Part shown: positions 1-10,756 of the stretch, one piece after another
How positions within the stretch are numbered: the first letter of the stretch is position 1
Layout: each line of letters begins with the position of its first letter
Source: Macrostomum hystrix
Taxonomy: Eukaryota; Animalia; Platyhelminthes
Assembly (NCBI GenBank): GCA_950097015.1
Contig: CATNEN010000005.1
Span: forward strand, 5,456,001-5,520,000
Length of the DNA: 64,000 bases
Reading direction: 5' to 3'
Made by a program: the position numbers and the translations under genes
Notes under the pieces: generated by a model
The model's input: only the letters and a program-made list of their open reading frames with translations
Databases searched by the model: none
Told to the model about the DNA's origin: nothing

Positions 1-340
1 CAATCACGTGTCTAACACATCAATCACGTGTCTAACACATAAATCACGTGTCTAACACATCAAGCACGTTGTTTAACACACCAATCACGTGTCTTACACA
101 TCAATCACGTGTCTAACACACCAATCACGTGTCTAACACATCAATCACGTGTCTAACACATAAATCACGTGTCTAACACATCAAGCACGTTGTTTAACAC
201 ACCAATCACGTGTCTTACACATCAATCACGTGTCTAACACATCAATCACTTGTCTAACACACCAATCACGTGTCTAACACATCAATCACGTTGGTCAACA
301 CATCCATTACGTGTCTAACACATTAATCACGTGCCTAAGA
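1..340. repeat. Tandem repeat, ~20-21 bp unit CAATCACGTGTCTAACACAT (runs off window start)
   Basis: About 16 visible copies with minor variants; each carries the CACGTG palindrome. Confidence 0.97.
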
Positions 341-713
341 CATCAGTAACTGTTTGACTAGTTTTTGTCTAAAACAAAATAGTTTAGAGCGTTACCATAG
401 TTACCAGATCTGTTTAAAGCGTCACATAGTTACTGGTGTTGTTTTAAGCGTCGCCATGGTAACAGAAATTATTTTGAACATAGGGCTTCAGAGTACGCAT
501 CTTAGCCTAATAGCAAAACAAACGACAAAGGTTTTTAGTTTTTTTAAGTAAGATAACTAATCAAACGAACAGTTGGAGCCTGTGTACTATTAGTGAAAGA
601 ATATATTTGTTCATTTCCTGTTAATAGCAATGACCTGGGATGAGAAAATGTAAATAGGGGCGCTTTAACATGCCAAAATGTTGAATATTAAAGGATTTAT
701 AAGTGACCTCCAG

Positions 714-1910
714 TCAAGTATTCATTAAATGAGTAATTGTCATTATTGAGCAGCAAATCAATAAACACCTCACTGAAGCAGTTAACATTTTGGAACCGTC
801 AACTGGTGCATCGTCACTTGTGGCACTCTTTGCTGGATTGTCAGTTAGAGATGGTTGCCACCGGGTCAGCGTGAGCTCTCTGATATTGCTAGTCGCTTCA
901 TTGTCGCTTGGAGGTGTTATAACACCACCTGCCGTTGTGGAACTGCCTGATTTGGTGGTTGCAGCTGTAGATGTTGCTGTAGCTGTAGGAGTTTCAAATG
1001 CAGCTTCTATTGAACACAAAGCCTGATTATGTAGAGGTAAAGTCTTCCTTTGAGTCGGAGTACATTTTGTTGTAGTTTCACCGATGAATATTTTCAAATT
1101 GCTGCAATACACTGGCTGCTCAAAGAGTTTGAGCAGCCAGACGCTGTCTCGCATCTGCTCGCGTATCGCTGCCCTGCCCAGCTGTTCAATGAGATCGTCC
1201 AGCGGCGATGTGAATGAAATCGTGTCCAATGCCGAGCTGCGGTTGCTAATGTAACCAGACGCTGGTCGATTACATGCGTCAACCAGATCTTGCGCGCATA
1301 AGCAGGTAAGAAACGTGGAGAATATGGTGCTATAAGTGGTAGCAAAGTCTGCTAGTCTGGCAACGCATTCTGAACCGCAGGTGCTTTCATAGCAGGGCAG
1401 GTTGAGCACAGCAGTCAGAGTCGATCGGCAGAAAAAGTCTCTGGCGCACAGAAGTCCAGCTAGCCAGCATTCCGAACGAACTTCGCCATCCAAAAAGCGC
1501 CGAAGCAGAACGTCAGTTTCTAAAAGGAGTTGAGCACACATTTGCTGCTTGCGTATGACCAACGTGGCCCAGACCATGTGCCGGCTATAGTTGCAATCTC
1601 TCAGCCTGACACCTGAGCTGGTGTTAAAAAACACCGAGAGCAGAATGGCGCACGATGAGTCGCAAGCGAGCTGGGATCTGTCGGCCCTCTCTAGGCCATA
1701 GTCAGCGGTTTCGTAGCAGTATGCGTACACTAGCCGTAGCAACGGACCACAGCTGTCATCGTACAGGCAGGCAATGGTCTCGTACAGGCAGTCGCCTTTT
1801 TCGTATTTAACAACGACTCGATCCTCTGCTGGTTGAGAAGACGCACTAAATGTACTGCTAATGACGAACACTAGCAGCAGTTTGAGTATGTGTTGAGCAT
1901 GAATTCGCAT
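714..1910 (-). CDS. GAS1-like (GDNF-receptor-alpha/GAS1 domain) secreted, probably GPI-anchored protein, 398 aa, intronless
   Basis: Single ORF with ATG at 1910. Hydrophobic N-terminal signal (LLLVFVISSTFS). Two Cys-rich repeats with GFRa/GAS1 spacing: CLYETIACLYDDSC...C...CDSSC...FNTSSGVRLRDC and CWLAGLLCARDFFC...C...CGSEC...TCLC...C. Then a Thr/Ser-rich stalk and a hydrophobic C-terminal tail typical of GPI signals. Confidence 0.8.
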   Translation of the reverse strand: MRIHAQHILKLLLVFVISSTFSASSQPAEDRVVVKYEKGDCLYETIACLYDDSCGPLLRLVYAYCYETADYGLERADRSQLACDSSCAILLSVFFNTSSGVRLRDCNYSRHMVWATLVIRKQQMCAQLLLETDVLLRRFLDGEVRSECWLAGLLCARDFFCRSTLTAVLNLPCYESTCGSECVARLADFATTYSTIFSTFLTCLCAQDLVDACNRPASGYISNRSSALDTISFTSPLDDLIEQLGRAAIREQMRDSVWLLKLFEQPVYCSNLKIFIGETTTKCTPTQRKTLPLHNQALCSIEAAFETPTATATSTAATTKSGSSTTAGGVITPPSDNEATSNIRELTLTRWQPSLTDNPAKSATSDDAPVDGSKMLTASVRCLLICCSIMTITHLMNT

Positions 1911-3952
1911 TTTCCACGGTGGCCTCTTGGTCTACAGTAGATTCTAACGCTTCTATAATCGATTGAGTTCGTGCACTTTTTAGCAATAAACTCTCCACCC
2001 CTTTCTGTCGTCTCTATTACTATTTAAGTTTTATCGGCGGGCCTCTTTATCTATTCACTATAGTGACTCAACTTGGGCGGGTGACATGTATTTCTGTTTA
2101 GGAACATGTCTCTACCAGCTCATGCATTGGTTGCTGGGTTAAATCGACGCAATTGTGAGTTGGTTGGCCCTCAACACTCGTGAGGAGGATACGGTGTATA
2201 TTTCTCCCTCTCTCTCACAGGCTCTGCAATGCAATTGGCTTGCAGCTCAAGAATTTTTCAGCATGAAAGCGTCTAAAAAACATTCCCGCCATCCACTTTC
2301 AGTGAAAGTGTTGGCTCGTAGCAATCGCAGGGGTGTCGCCAAGGGGGTGGGTGTTAAATGCATTCTGTAATTCTGGTTGGATCGACCACTCAATATAATA
2401 TTCTGTTGAGAATCAGCTCTGTCGCTATTGTGTCTCCATGCATTCAGTTCTGGGACTATAAAAGCATACGTTGAGGCCTAGGACGAGTGCGTGACAAATC
2501 GGAAATGCAGAACCTCCAGATCTCTAACCCCCCCGCTGTACGGAACAATCGATTTACCATCTCCAAATCTTCTGCGAAAATTTATGATAATGGCTTGCAC
2601 GTGTGAAATTGAATTGTCACTTTTCGCAGATGACTGGCATAAATGCGATAATGCCTAGGCGGGAACTGTCTGAACCACATATTAACTTTAATTTGGGTTT
2701 ACTAAATGTGCTCTGCATAGGGTTTAGTTTGAGCCTCAGAAAATCGATCGTTTGCATGTAAGTGCTTCATTTTTTAAATGCGTGGACGAAAATAAAATGC
2801 CTGTCACTTTTGAATAATTAAACATCCTCGCTTAAGCTCTGTTCTTCTCCTATACTCGTACTCAAAGTTGCACAAATTTTACATGTGCATATGCGTACAT
2901 ATAAAATTCCAATTTACTTTCGTTTGAAAAAATGAAGCGTTACTGACTGTCCGTCAAATATTTTCTAACCTTCAAGGAATGAGCTGCTGTGTACATAGTG
3001 TTGGAACGTATAGGGACTACGAAGAACTTAACGTGCATGGTTGACGCTTAAAATAAATATTAAAACCCGCTGAGTAAATGAACAACTTGTTAGGGCTAAG
3101 AAGATAAACAAAACTATAATTCTTGAGAGCTTCTCTTGTAGAGAATCTGACCAAGAGAATTAAAGCATATGCATTGAAAAGGACAGCGCTAGCTTAATTT
3201 TAAATTGCGCGCCCACTGGCCCAAACTAAAAAAAGAGCACACATAACCTTAAAATGAATTATTCTCAGTTTAGTTACCAGAACAATAGAATAAATAAATT
3301 AATAACTAAGACTAGAACAATTAATTGTGTTATTGATACATACACAAGTAAGAGTTTCTGTTATTTTACAAATTTTAACGTACTATACCTATTAATTGCA
3401 TAATAATTTGAACACATTTTCAACATCGAGATTATACTATTTAAGGTTGTGGTGCGTGGTATGGACTATTATCAGGTAAAGTGACCATTTTACTGCCCAT
3501 GATTGCTGATTTCATTGGCTTTAGTAATTCCATTGAAACTTAAAATAATTACAGTATAATAGAAAGGATATGGAAAAAAACATTTATAACGAAAAAGCTT
3601 TTACAACAAAAAAATAATTGACTGTAAACGTAGCATAAAAAAATCTCCTTTGATATTTTCTAAAACAAGACGAAAACATATTTCTAAAGAGAATATATAC
3701 AGTTTGTTTGGATGCACTGAGAAAACGTCAATAAGCATAAGCGCACATTTAAAATCTAGCTTAATAATATTTTTTAACACGACTGCGGCCTGCCCATTTC
3801 GACTAATCCTATAATCAGAATCCCAATAAACAGATAAACTGCCGCACTCGTGGAGTGCAACATAAATTTTCAGGCTTAAGCGGTAAACGCCTATATCAAA
3901 TTAGTCACTTTTCGAACTTGTTGCAGAAGTTTAGCATCACAGCGAGCAAGTA

Positions 3953-5845
3953 ATGAGAATGAATGTTCGCAATGTAGCCATTCTTGTTATAATTTTAACT
4001 TTTGTATTTGTTTACACCATCCACGTAAACTGGAAGCAGAAGAAAGAAATTGCTGCCTATTCTCATGAGACGGAAGTTTATGGAAAACACATTGATGAGT
4101 TAACAGCAAAACTGAATGGTAGGTGTTTATGATAATACTTAATGGACATTACATTATATAAACAAATATATTGCCAAGTATGCCAATTTTATTGTATCAA
4201 AGCGAATCTTAGTCTAGCTTGACAAAAATAATTTGTAAAATAACACTTAGAAAATATTTAAGATACAGAGAGACTACCTTAACTCTGAATTGATTATATT
4301 TAGAACAAAATAGCTAATACTAATAGACATTTCTTTTTTTCCATTTGGTACATTAAAGACTAAAACACTATAGTAGTAGATAATTTAAGATCAAAGGCAG
4401 CTAGATTATTTACCTTTAAATATAAAGTGAAATTGTGTGATCTTTTGCTAAGCATAATAAATGAAATACAAAAAAGTATATTTTAAGCTAGTAAGTGTTG
4501 GCCTAGTATATAGCTCGTAATCTTAAAAAAGATTTATTATCTCAAATTGTTAAAAAATTACAGAATGCTCTGAACGCAAGCAACAATGGGGTATCAAGTT
4601 TGAAAATGCTAAGGAGCAAGTGGCTAAATTGCAAACTGGTAAGTAAAAATATCATCATAATAAATGAAATCCCATTGCTGAATGAAATTATTTAAGTGCA
4701 TATTTTTTCTTGTATTTCCATTCCAATCAGAATTGAGTGACAGATTTCCAATAGAATCCTTTTAGAAAGGTATGACAGATGTCCTGTTAGAATGGAGTGA
4801 CAGATTTCCTGGTAGAATGGAGTGACAGATGTCCTGTTAGAATGAAGTGACAGATTTCCTGGTAGAATGGAGTGACAGATTTCCTGGTAGAATGGAGTGA
4901 CAGATTTTCTGTTATAATGAAGTGACAGATTTCCTGTTAGAATGGAGTGACGGATGTTGTGTTATAGTGGAGTGACAGATTTCCTGTTAGAATGAAGTGA
5001 CAGATGTCCTTTTAGAATGAAGTGACAGATTTCCTGTTAGAATGGAGTTGACAGATTTCCTGTTAAAATGGAGTGACAGATTTTGTGTTAGAATGGAGTG
5101 ACAGATTTCCTGTTAGAATGGAGTGACAGATGTCCTATTAGAATGCAGTGACATAGTTCCTCTTGGAGTGGAGTGACTCATTTAAGTGGTCCAATGTTTG
5201 CACCACCATCCCGCAGCGCTGAATGCGGCTCGCTCCCTTGCCAGCAAGTCTGCAGCCGAGTCGAGCGACAAAGCTCGTCAGTCAAGCGAGCGCCTGTCAG
5301 ACCTAGAAGGTCAGGTGAAACAGCTGACAGAGTTGCGCTCGGGCCTAGAACAGGAGGTTTCTAATTTGCGCAAGCAGCTACAAGAACGCCTGTCCAATGA
5401 CAGTGACGCACTGACACTGCTGCACAAACAGTTGGATAAAGCTCTAGCCAATGAGAAGATTCTGCTACAGCGTATCGACACTTTGGAATCTTTGACTAAG
5501 AGTCTGTCAGAGAAGACAACTAACACTGTCGATGCGACTACTCTAAACTCTTCTTCTACTAGCAGCAGTGCTAATCTGAACTCTACAACTAGTTTAGCAA
5601 CATCGTCATTGGCCAATTCTAGTAGTGCAGCGAATCCTACAAAGTCCACTAGCATTGCTGAAAAATCTGCTTCTTCCATCGCATCGGAAGAACTTGCTCA
5701 GGCAAAGATGGTACTGCGGCCGCCAAATAAGGATCATTTAAACAAATCGATTGATGACGCCAAACTACAGCAGGGTGACCATCCTGCTGCGGCTGCGGCT
5801 GCTCCAGGCGCAGCAGCTGAGGACGCTCCAGCTGCTGTCATGTAA
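3953..5845 (+). CDS. Type II membrane coiled-coil protein (GOLM1/CASC4/GOLIM4-like Golgi protein), 3 coding exons
   Basis: Exons 3953-4118, 4564-4638 and 5217-5845, joined by GT..AG introns in consistent phase 1. Translation: MRMNVRNVAILVIILTFVFVYTIHVNW (signal-anchor), a long heptad-rich segment, then a Ser/Thr-rich and Ala-rich tail. The family assignment rests on architecture only. Confidence 0.75.
4729..5178. repeat. Intronic minisatellite, 25 bp unit AGAATGGAGTGACAGATTTCCTGTT
   Basis: About 18 copies filling intron 2 of the coiled-coil gene, ending just before the acceptor at 5216. Confidence 0.96.
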
Positions 5846-6439
5846 TGTTGTAACAGAAATCTGATTGATTTATTCGTCTGTTTTTAGTCTAAGATAAAAA
5901 AAACTTTTTTTGTTTAGATATCTTTCTTTGTCTTGTCTTCTGTGCGTTCGTTTAAAGTTCCAAATTTGCCAAAAATAGCAAAACCAAAGAACAAAAAGAT
6001 CGATAATAAATCGCCTTAATAACTATCAGTATATTTGTTATGTTCGGGATGTTTCTAGAATAGTTTCTGTTTTAAGTTTCATCGTTCTTGATTTACATTG
6101 CTTTTGTCACACAATAAGCTTAAGCTTGTTTTACATGAAAAGCTATTTTTTTGTCTAGTTTATGACACTGGCCACACTTTTTTTAGACAATTTATATGCA
6201 ATCGGGTGAAAGTTTGTGGAATTTAGATACTGTACGTTTCTAAAGGTTTTTCTGTTTATTAAAAAGCGCGTAGATTATGATAGACACATGAAAAAAGCTG
6301 TTTCCTTGTCACTTTTTTCCTCTGGGTACGATGGCAATTTTATTGTTCACATTAGTCACGTGTGGGATAGCAACATTAGCGACGATAACAATGGTAGTTT
6401 TAGATTTATGTCCAGATATTACTATTTGCAGTCATTCTT

Positions 6440-6958
6440 CAATGACCGATCATTCTTCAATCCATTGTTCATTGACCCAGTTTTGTCACTGTTCAATCCA
6501 GTGGTCATTGGCCCAGTTTGGTCATTGTTCAATGCATTGGTAATTGACCCAGTTTGATAATTACTCTAAGCGTTGGTCATTGACCCAGTTTGATCACTGT
6601 TCAATGCATTGGTCATTGACCCAGTTTGGTCATTCTTCAATCCATTGGTCATTGGCCCAGTTTGGTCATTGCTCAACGCGTTGGTCATTGACCCAGTTTG
6701 GTCACTGTTCAATCCAGTGGTCATTGGCCCAGTTTGGTCATTGTTCAATGCATTGGTAATTGACCCAGTTTGATCATTACTCTAAGCGTTGATCATTGAC
6801 CCAGTTTGATCACTATTCAATGCATTGGTCATTGACCAAGTTTGGTCATTGTTCAATGCATTGGTAATTGACCCAGTTTGGTCATTACTCAAAGCGTTGG
6901 TCATTGACCCAGTTTGATCACTGTTCAATGCATTGGTCATTGACCCAGTTTGATCATA
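6440..6958. repeat. Minisatellite, 36 bp unit TGACCCAGTTTGGTCATTGTTCAATGCATTGGTCAT
   Basis: About 14 copies; explains the repetitive ORFs at 6216-6759. Confidence 0.96.
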
Positions 6959-7639
6959 CATTATTTCATTGTGATTTACCCATATTGGTCAATAGATAAG
7001 TTAGAAAATGGCTTCTTATTTGAACGTCGTCATATGTTACAAAATTGCTATTTCTTATATTATTAAGTGTTCAAATTTTTTAAGGTCAATTAACGAGCAT
7101 AAACTACTCGTAATAGTAAAATTGGCTGCTTTTTCTACACTTTTTAACTCGGGTGCATTTTCAATTGCTGCAGTAGTCTTTGTTACTATTTTGCTTCTAT
7201 TCTCTATGCCCAGGAGATTTGTTGTTTTCTCTGCGAGGTAGCAAGTTTGGTTGATTGTATCGTAAGACCAGTCGTTTAGTTTAATCTCGACTTTCTCTAT
7301 GCCATCCGCTATCACTTTTTTAAACGTTTAAGTTGTTGCATCCTACTTATGATTAGCATTGACACAGGCATTGAGTTTTGGTATATAGTGAAATAAAAAA
7401 AGATGAAAGTTTTATTTAAAAAATGTGCACAGTTTATACTGCAAATTAGATATTAGATTGCATGTACGTCATGCATTAAACTGACATCCTAAAGACCATG
7501 TGTTGCAATTTTTTGCTTCAGTTTTTAGACAGGCTTAATTATACTTATTAGTGCTTTAGTCTAGTGTAGAGAGTATGTAGCTCAGAGGCTATTAATAATA
7601 ATAATATTTCCAAGAGTACACCGAGGCAGTGCTGTCCCT

Positions 7640-7800
7640 TATGCACGCTCACACAGGTGTTACGTACCCTGTGCCCTGACTTTTTCATTGTCATTGCGGT
7701 TGGCCCTCATTGGCGTAAATTGCACAGCAAGTCCTCAAGCCTTCTTTCCGCGGCTGCGCCCCAAATAAATGTGGTCTCAGGGACCTTGGTGCGAGAGTAG
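7640..7800 (-). mobile_element. Dispersed repeat copy 1 (probable tRNA-derived SINE, diverged)
   Basis: Shares CACAGGTG..CCCTGACTTT..GGTTGGCCCTCA..GGCGTAAATTGCAC..AAGCCTTCT..CTCAGGGACCTTGGTGCGAGA with 8810-9020 and, as reverse complement, with 31665-31850. Confidence 0.65.
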
Positions 7801-8170
7801 ACGTCACAAAGCTTTGACCTAATCTGCTGACTTTGCATGGTAATTGCAGAGATTAAATCTGTGTAGCATAAACGCAATTAGATCGCACCGTCCCACTCTG
7901 AAGGAACACAATAATTTCTATTTTCCGCTGGCAAAAAGTTTTTTTTAGCTAAGATAAACACAATAGTTTCAATGTACAGAACAGAGGCTTAGATCAATGC
8001 GTGGCAGATATAAATCTAATGTTTTTGTGAACAGTTTTTGTATCGAGAAACAGTGCTGCCTTGCTGTGCGCAGTAACCAGAGATGGATATTAAAAGCACC
8101 AAGTTGGCACATAAGAATACCTTCTATCGTAGTCCTGCTATCCTAAGCTACAAAACTTTTGCAACTCGAC

Positions 8171-8704
8171 ATGCGGCTAAATAATAAGCAAGAAAATATT
8201 CTTAACAATACCAATAGTAAAATTAATCTAAGCAGGCTATTGCAACTGCTTAGCAACGCATCGTTGCTAATGACAACACCGGATTCTACAAAAAGAAACG
8301 CCAATTTCAAAGAATTACACAATAATAAACTAGATTTGGCATCGAATCCGGACCAATCTAACAGCGACCCAACACAATCGATGTTATCCGACCATCGAGG
8401 CGCCATGCTTTTCATTGTGGTCGTTGTGACAGTCTACGCCATGGCCATATTCTTCATGATCCTATCCCACGTTGGTCGTCGGGCAGGTAAGCACGAAATT
8501 GACAGAGAGACTGTCGCCTACCTGAGGCAGGCACCGCTAATTCGATTGGAAGATGAGCTGGAGAGAAGACGACGCAGTTGCTACCTGCTGTCTGCTAGTG
8601 GCATCGCTTCGGACCATAGAATACGGCAAACCGTTGACAAGCAGCAGCAAGAATGCGATGTTGCAGAAGACTTACGAGTACAATATACAGACTCTGATTT
8701 ATAA
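8171..8704 (+). CDS. Intronless single-pass membrane protein with KCNE/MinK-like topology
   Basis: First ATG at 8171, stop at 8702-8704. No cleavable signal; N-terminus with N-glycosylation sequons (NLS, NAS). One TM helix (AMLFIVVVVTVYAMAIFFMIL), followed by SHVGRRAGKHEIDRETVAYL. Confidence 0.7.
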   Translation: MRLNNKQENILNNTNSKINLSRLLQLLSNASLLMTTPDSTKRNANFKELHNNKLDLASNPDQSNSDPTQSMLSDHRGAMLFIVVVVTVYAMAIFFMILSHVGRRAGKHEIDRETVAYLRQAPLIRLEDELERRRRSCYLLSASGIASDHRIRQTVDKQQQECDVAEDLRVQYTDSDL

Positions 8705-8809
8705 ATAATTAATATTTGCAAGAGGGCTGCGGGCAATGGTGACAGCTAGTAGACCCGCAGTCAGCGAGAAGTCAATTCTGTCCATTTCGCTGACTCCTGA
8801 GCACACACG

Positions 8810-9020
8810 CACACAGATACTGTGCGCAGGCATACGCTCACACAGGTGTGTACATCTGCCCTGACTTTCTCATCGTCAGGCAGTGTACACTCTCACTGTG
8901 CCTTGGAGGTTGGCCCTCAAGGGCGTAATTTGCACGACAAGTCTCCAAGCCTTCTCTCCGCTGCTAAGCCCCAATCGAGCTCAGGGACCTTGGTGCGAGA
9001 CGAGTTATACCGCTCCCTCT
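8810..9020 (-). mobile_element. Dispersed repeat copy 2 (probable tRNA-derived SINE)
   Basis: Reverse complement reads GGGAGCGGT...TCTCGCACCAAGGTCCCTGAGCTCGATT (B-box-like), followed by a body nearly identical to 31700-31830. Confidence 0.7.
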
Positions 9021-10548
9021 ATAGACTCGGACACTTGACAATAATTATTCGGTAAAGTAAGGTGTTTTCTATTTATATAATTTTTACAGCTTAAATATGC
9101 AATCTAGATAATATAGATAATATTTCAACAATATAGATAATGCCAACAAAATTAGTAAAACTCTTTTTTGCGATTCCCAAGTCAAACTGATATTCACAAT
9201 AAAAATAAAATAAAATAAAGAGAAACATAAGCTGTGTTTGACTTTTAATAAATTTAGCAAAATTTAAAAGTTTATTATGAACGTTATATAAAAAAAGTTA
9301 AATTGTACTTGTGTATCGGTCGTGCACGATTAATAACGAAGGAATTTTACATTGAATTCCGTGTACAAAATATCTTTGGAATGTACGACTTAAACAAAAA
9401 ATATTTTTATTAATGCTGTTTTTTATGGTAATTAGAAAATAACTACACTAAGATCTACATATGTAATGTCAAAGGTCATGCAAAATACGACTCGTAGCAA
9501 AACAATGGGCTAAAAAATGAAATTCATTTAAGTAAAAGCCACAATTTTTTAGTTCTATTCATAAAAAATGTATAGATGATTTGATAAGCTTTAATTTAAA
9601 TTTCCGGAGTTTCTTAGAACAGTTTCCAACAAGTTACGTTGATTATTGGCACCAAAGTACAAAAAGGGTTTAAAAGTGTGAGGAAAAGACGGTAGAAAAA
9701 AACGAGATTTCTTTGTGAAAAAAATATACAAAAACTTAAGTTGTGACTTGAAACGTAAAAAAAGTTTTTAGTTAAATTTGCTTTTAAAAATGACAGGCAT
9801 TTCAGTTGTGCAAAAAATATCAGCAAGTAGCAGCTGTTTTGTTCTTTAGATCACAGCCAAAAAAAGTGAAAAAAAAACTATAAAAAGAAACAAGGCCACG
9901 AACTCAAAAATGTGACAAAACCAAAAATTACAGTTTTAAGAAAGTTTATTGACATTGTTAAAAAATGAAACAAGAAACACAAAATATTTTAGATTTTTTT
10001 CTGCTCAGCAGAAATGAAACGATGATGTTACACCAAATATAACTTAAATACAATTGCTAAAGTACAAAAAGTAAAAAGAAATATGGTCTACAAAGACCTG
10101 AAAAAAATGTCGGCAAGGCTTAATCAAGGATCTAGTTAATCAGACGTTTGCAGCAGGCTTTGATATAGACTGAAGGTCATGGCTGCATTGTTACTATTTA
10201 TAGAAATCAAAAGGGTTTCCCGTCGATTGTAGCCAACCTCAAGCCGAGCACGTGACTTATCGCAGCCAATCAAACCCTAGAGATTATTTTTTTGTATATA
10301 ATGTCGACTCTAGGTTGTAAGTATTAGTGCTGACCTTTATTTTGTAAATAAAAGTTAGTTTTTATTTAAATATTGAAAATAGCTGTACAATTTACTAACT
10401 GCCGCGTAACATTGTGTTATTTAGAAAAACCTAGTGCAGCTTACATTTCAGCAAACATTTAAATTAGACGGAAATATTATTAGATGACATTCGCCTCTTT
10501 AATAAAAATGAAATCCAGTTTTAATCATACTTAGAATCGATTTTTAAG

Positions 10549-10739
10549 GTAGGAATCCACCCTTTAGTCAGGGGAGGAATCCGCCCTTTAGTCAGGGGAG
10601 GAATCCGCCTTTCATTTAGAAAGTCAGGGGAGGAATCCGCCCTCTATTCATGTATTCAGGGGAGGAATCCGCCCTCTATTCAGGTAGTCAGGGGAGGAAT
10701 CCGCCCTTCATTCAGGTAGTCAGGGGAGGAATCCGCCCT
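10549..10739. repeat. Tandem repeat with core AGTCAGGGGAGGAATCCGCCC, 22-31 bp variable unit
   Basis: About 7 copies immediately downstream of the stop codon (10757) of the C2/SMP gene. Confidence 0.93.
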
Positions 10740-10756
10740 CAGCGATTGAACTGCCG

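Noticed and set aside
7055-7315. 86-aa minus-strand ORF with protein-like composition (NDWSYDTINQ...APELK), faintly reminiscent of LINE ORF2 linker sequence
   Set aside because: No ATG, an in-frame stop just upstream, no usable splice context and no diagnostic motif; cannot be supported without a search.
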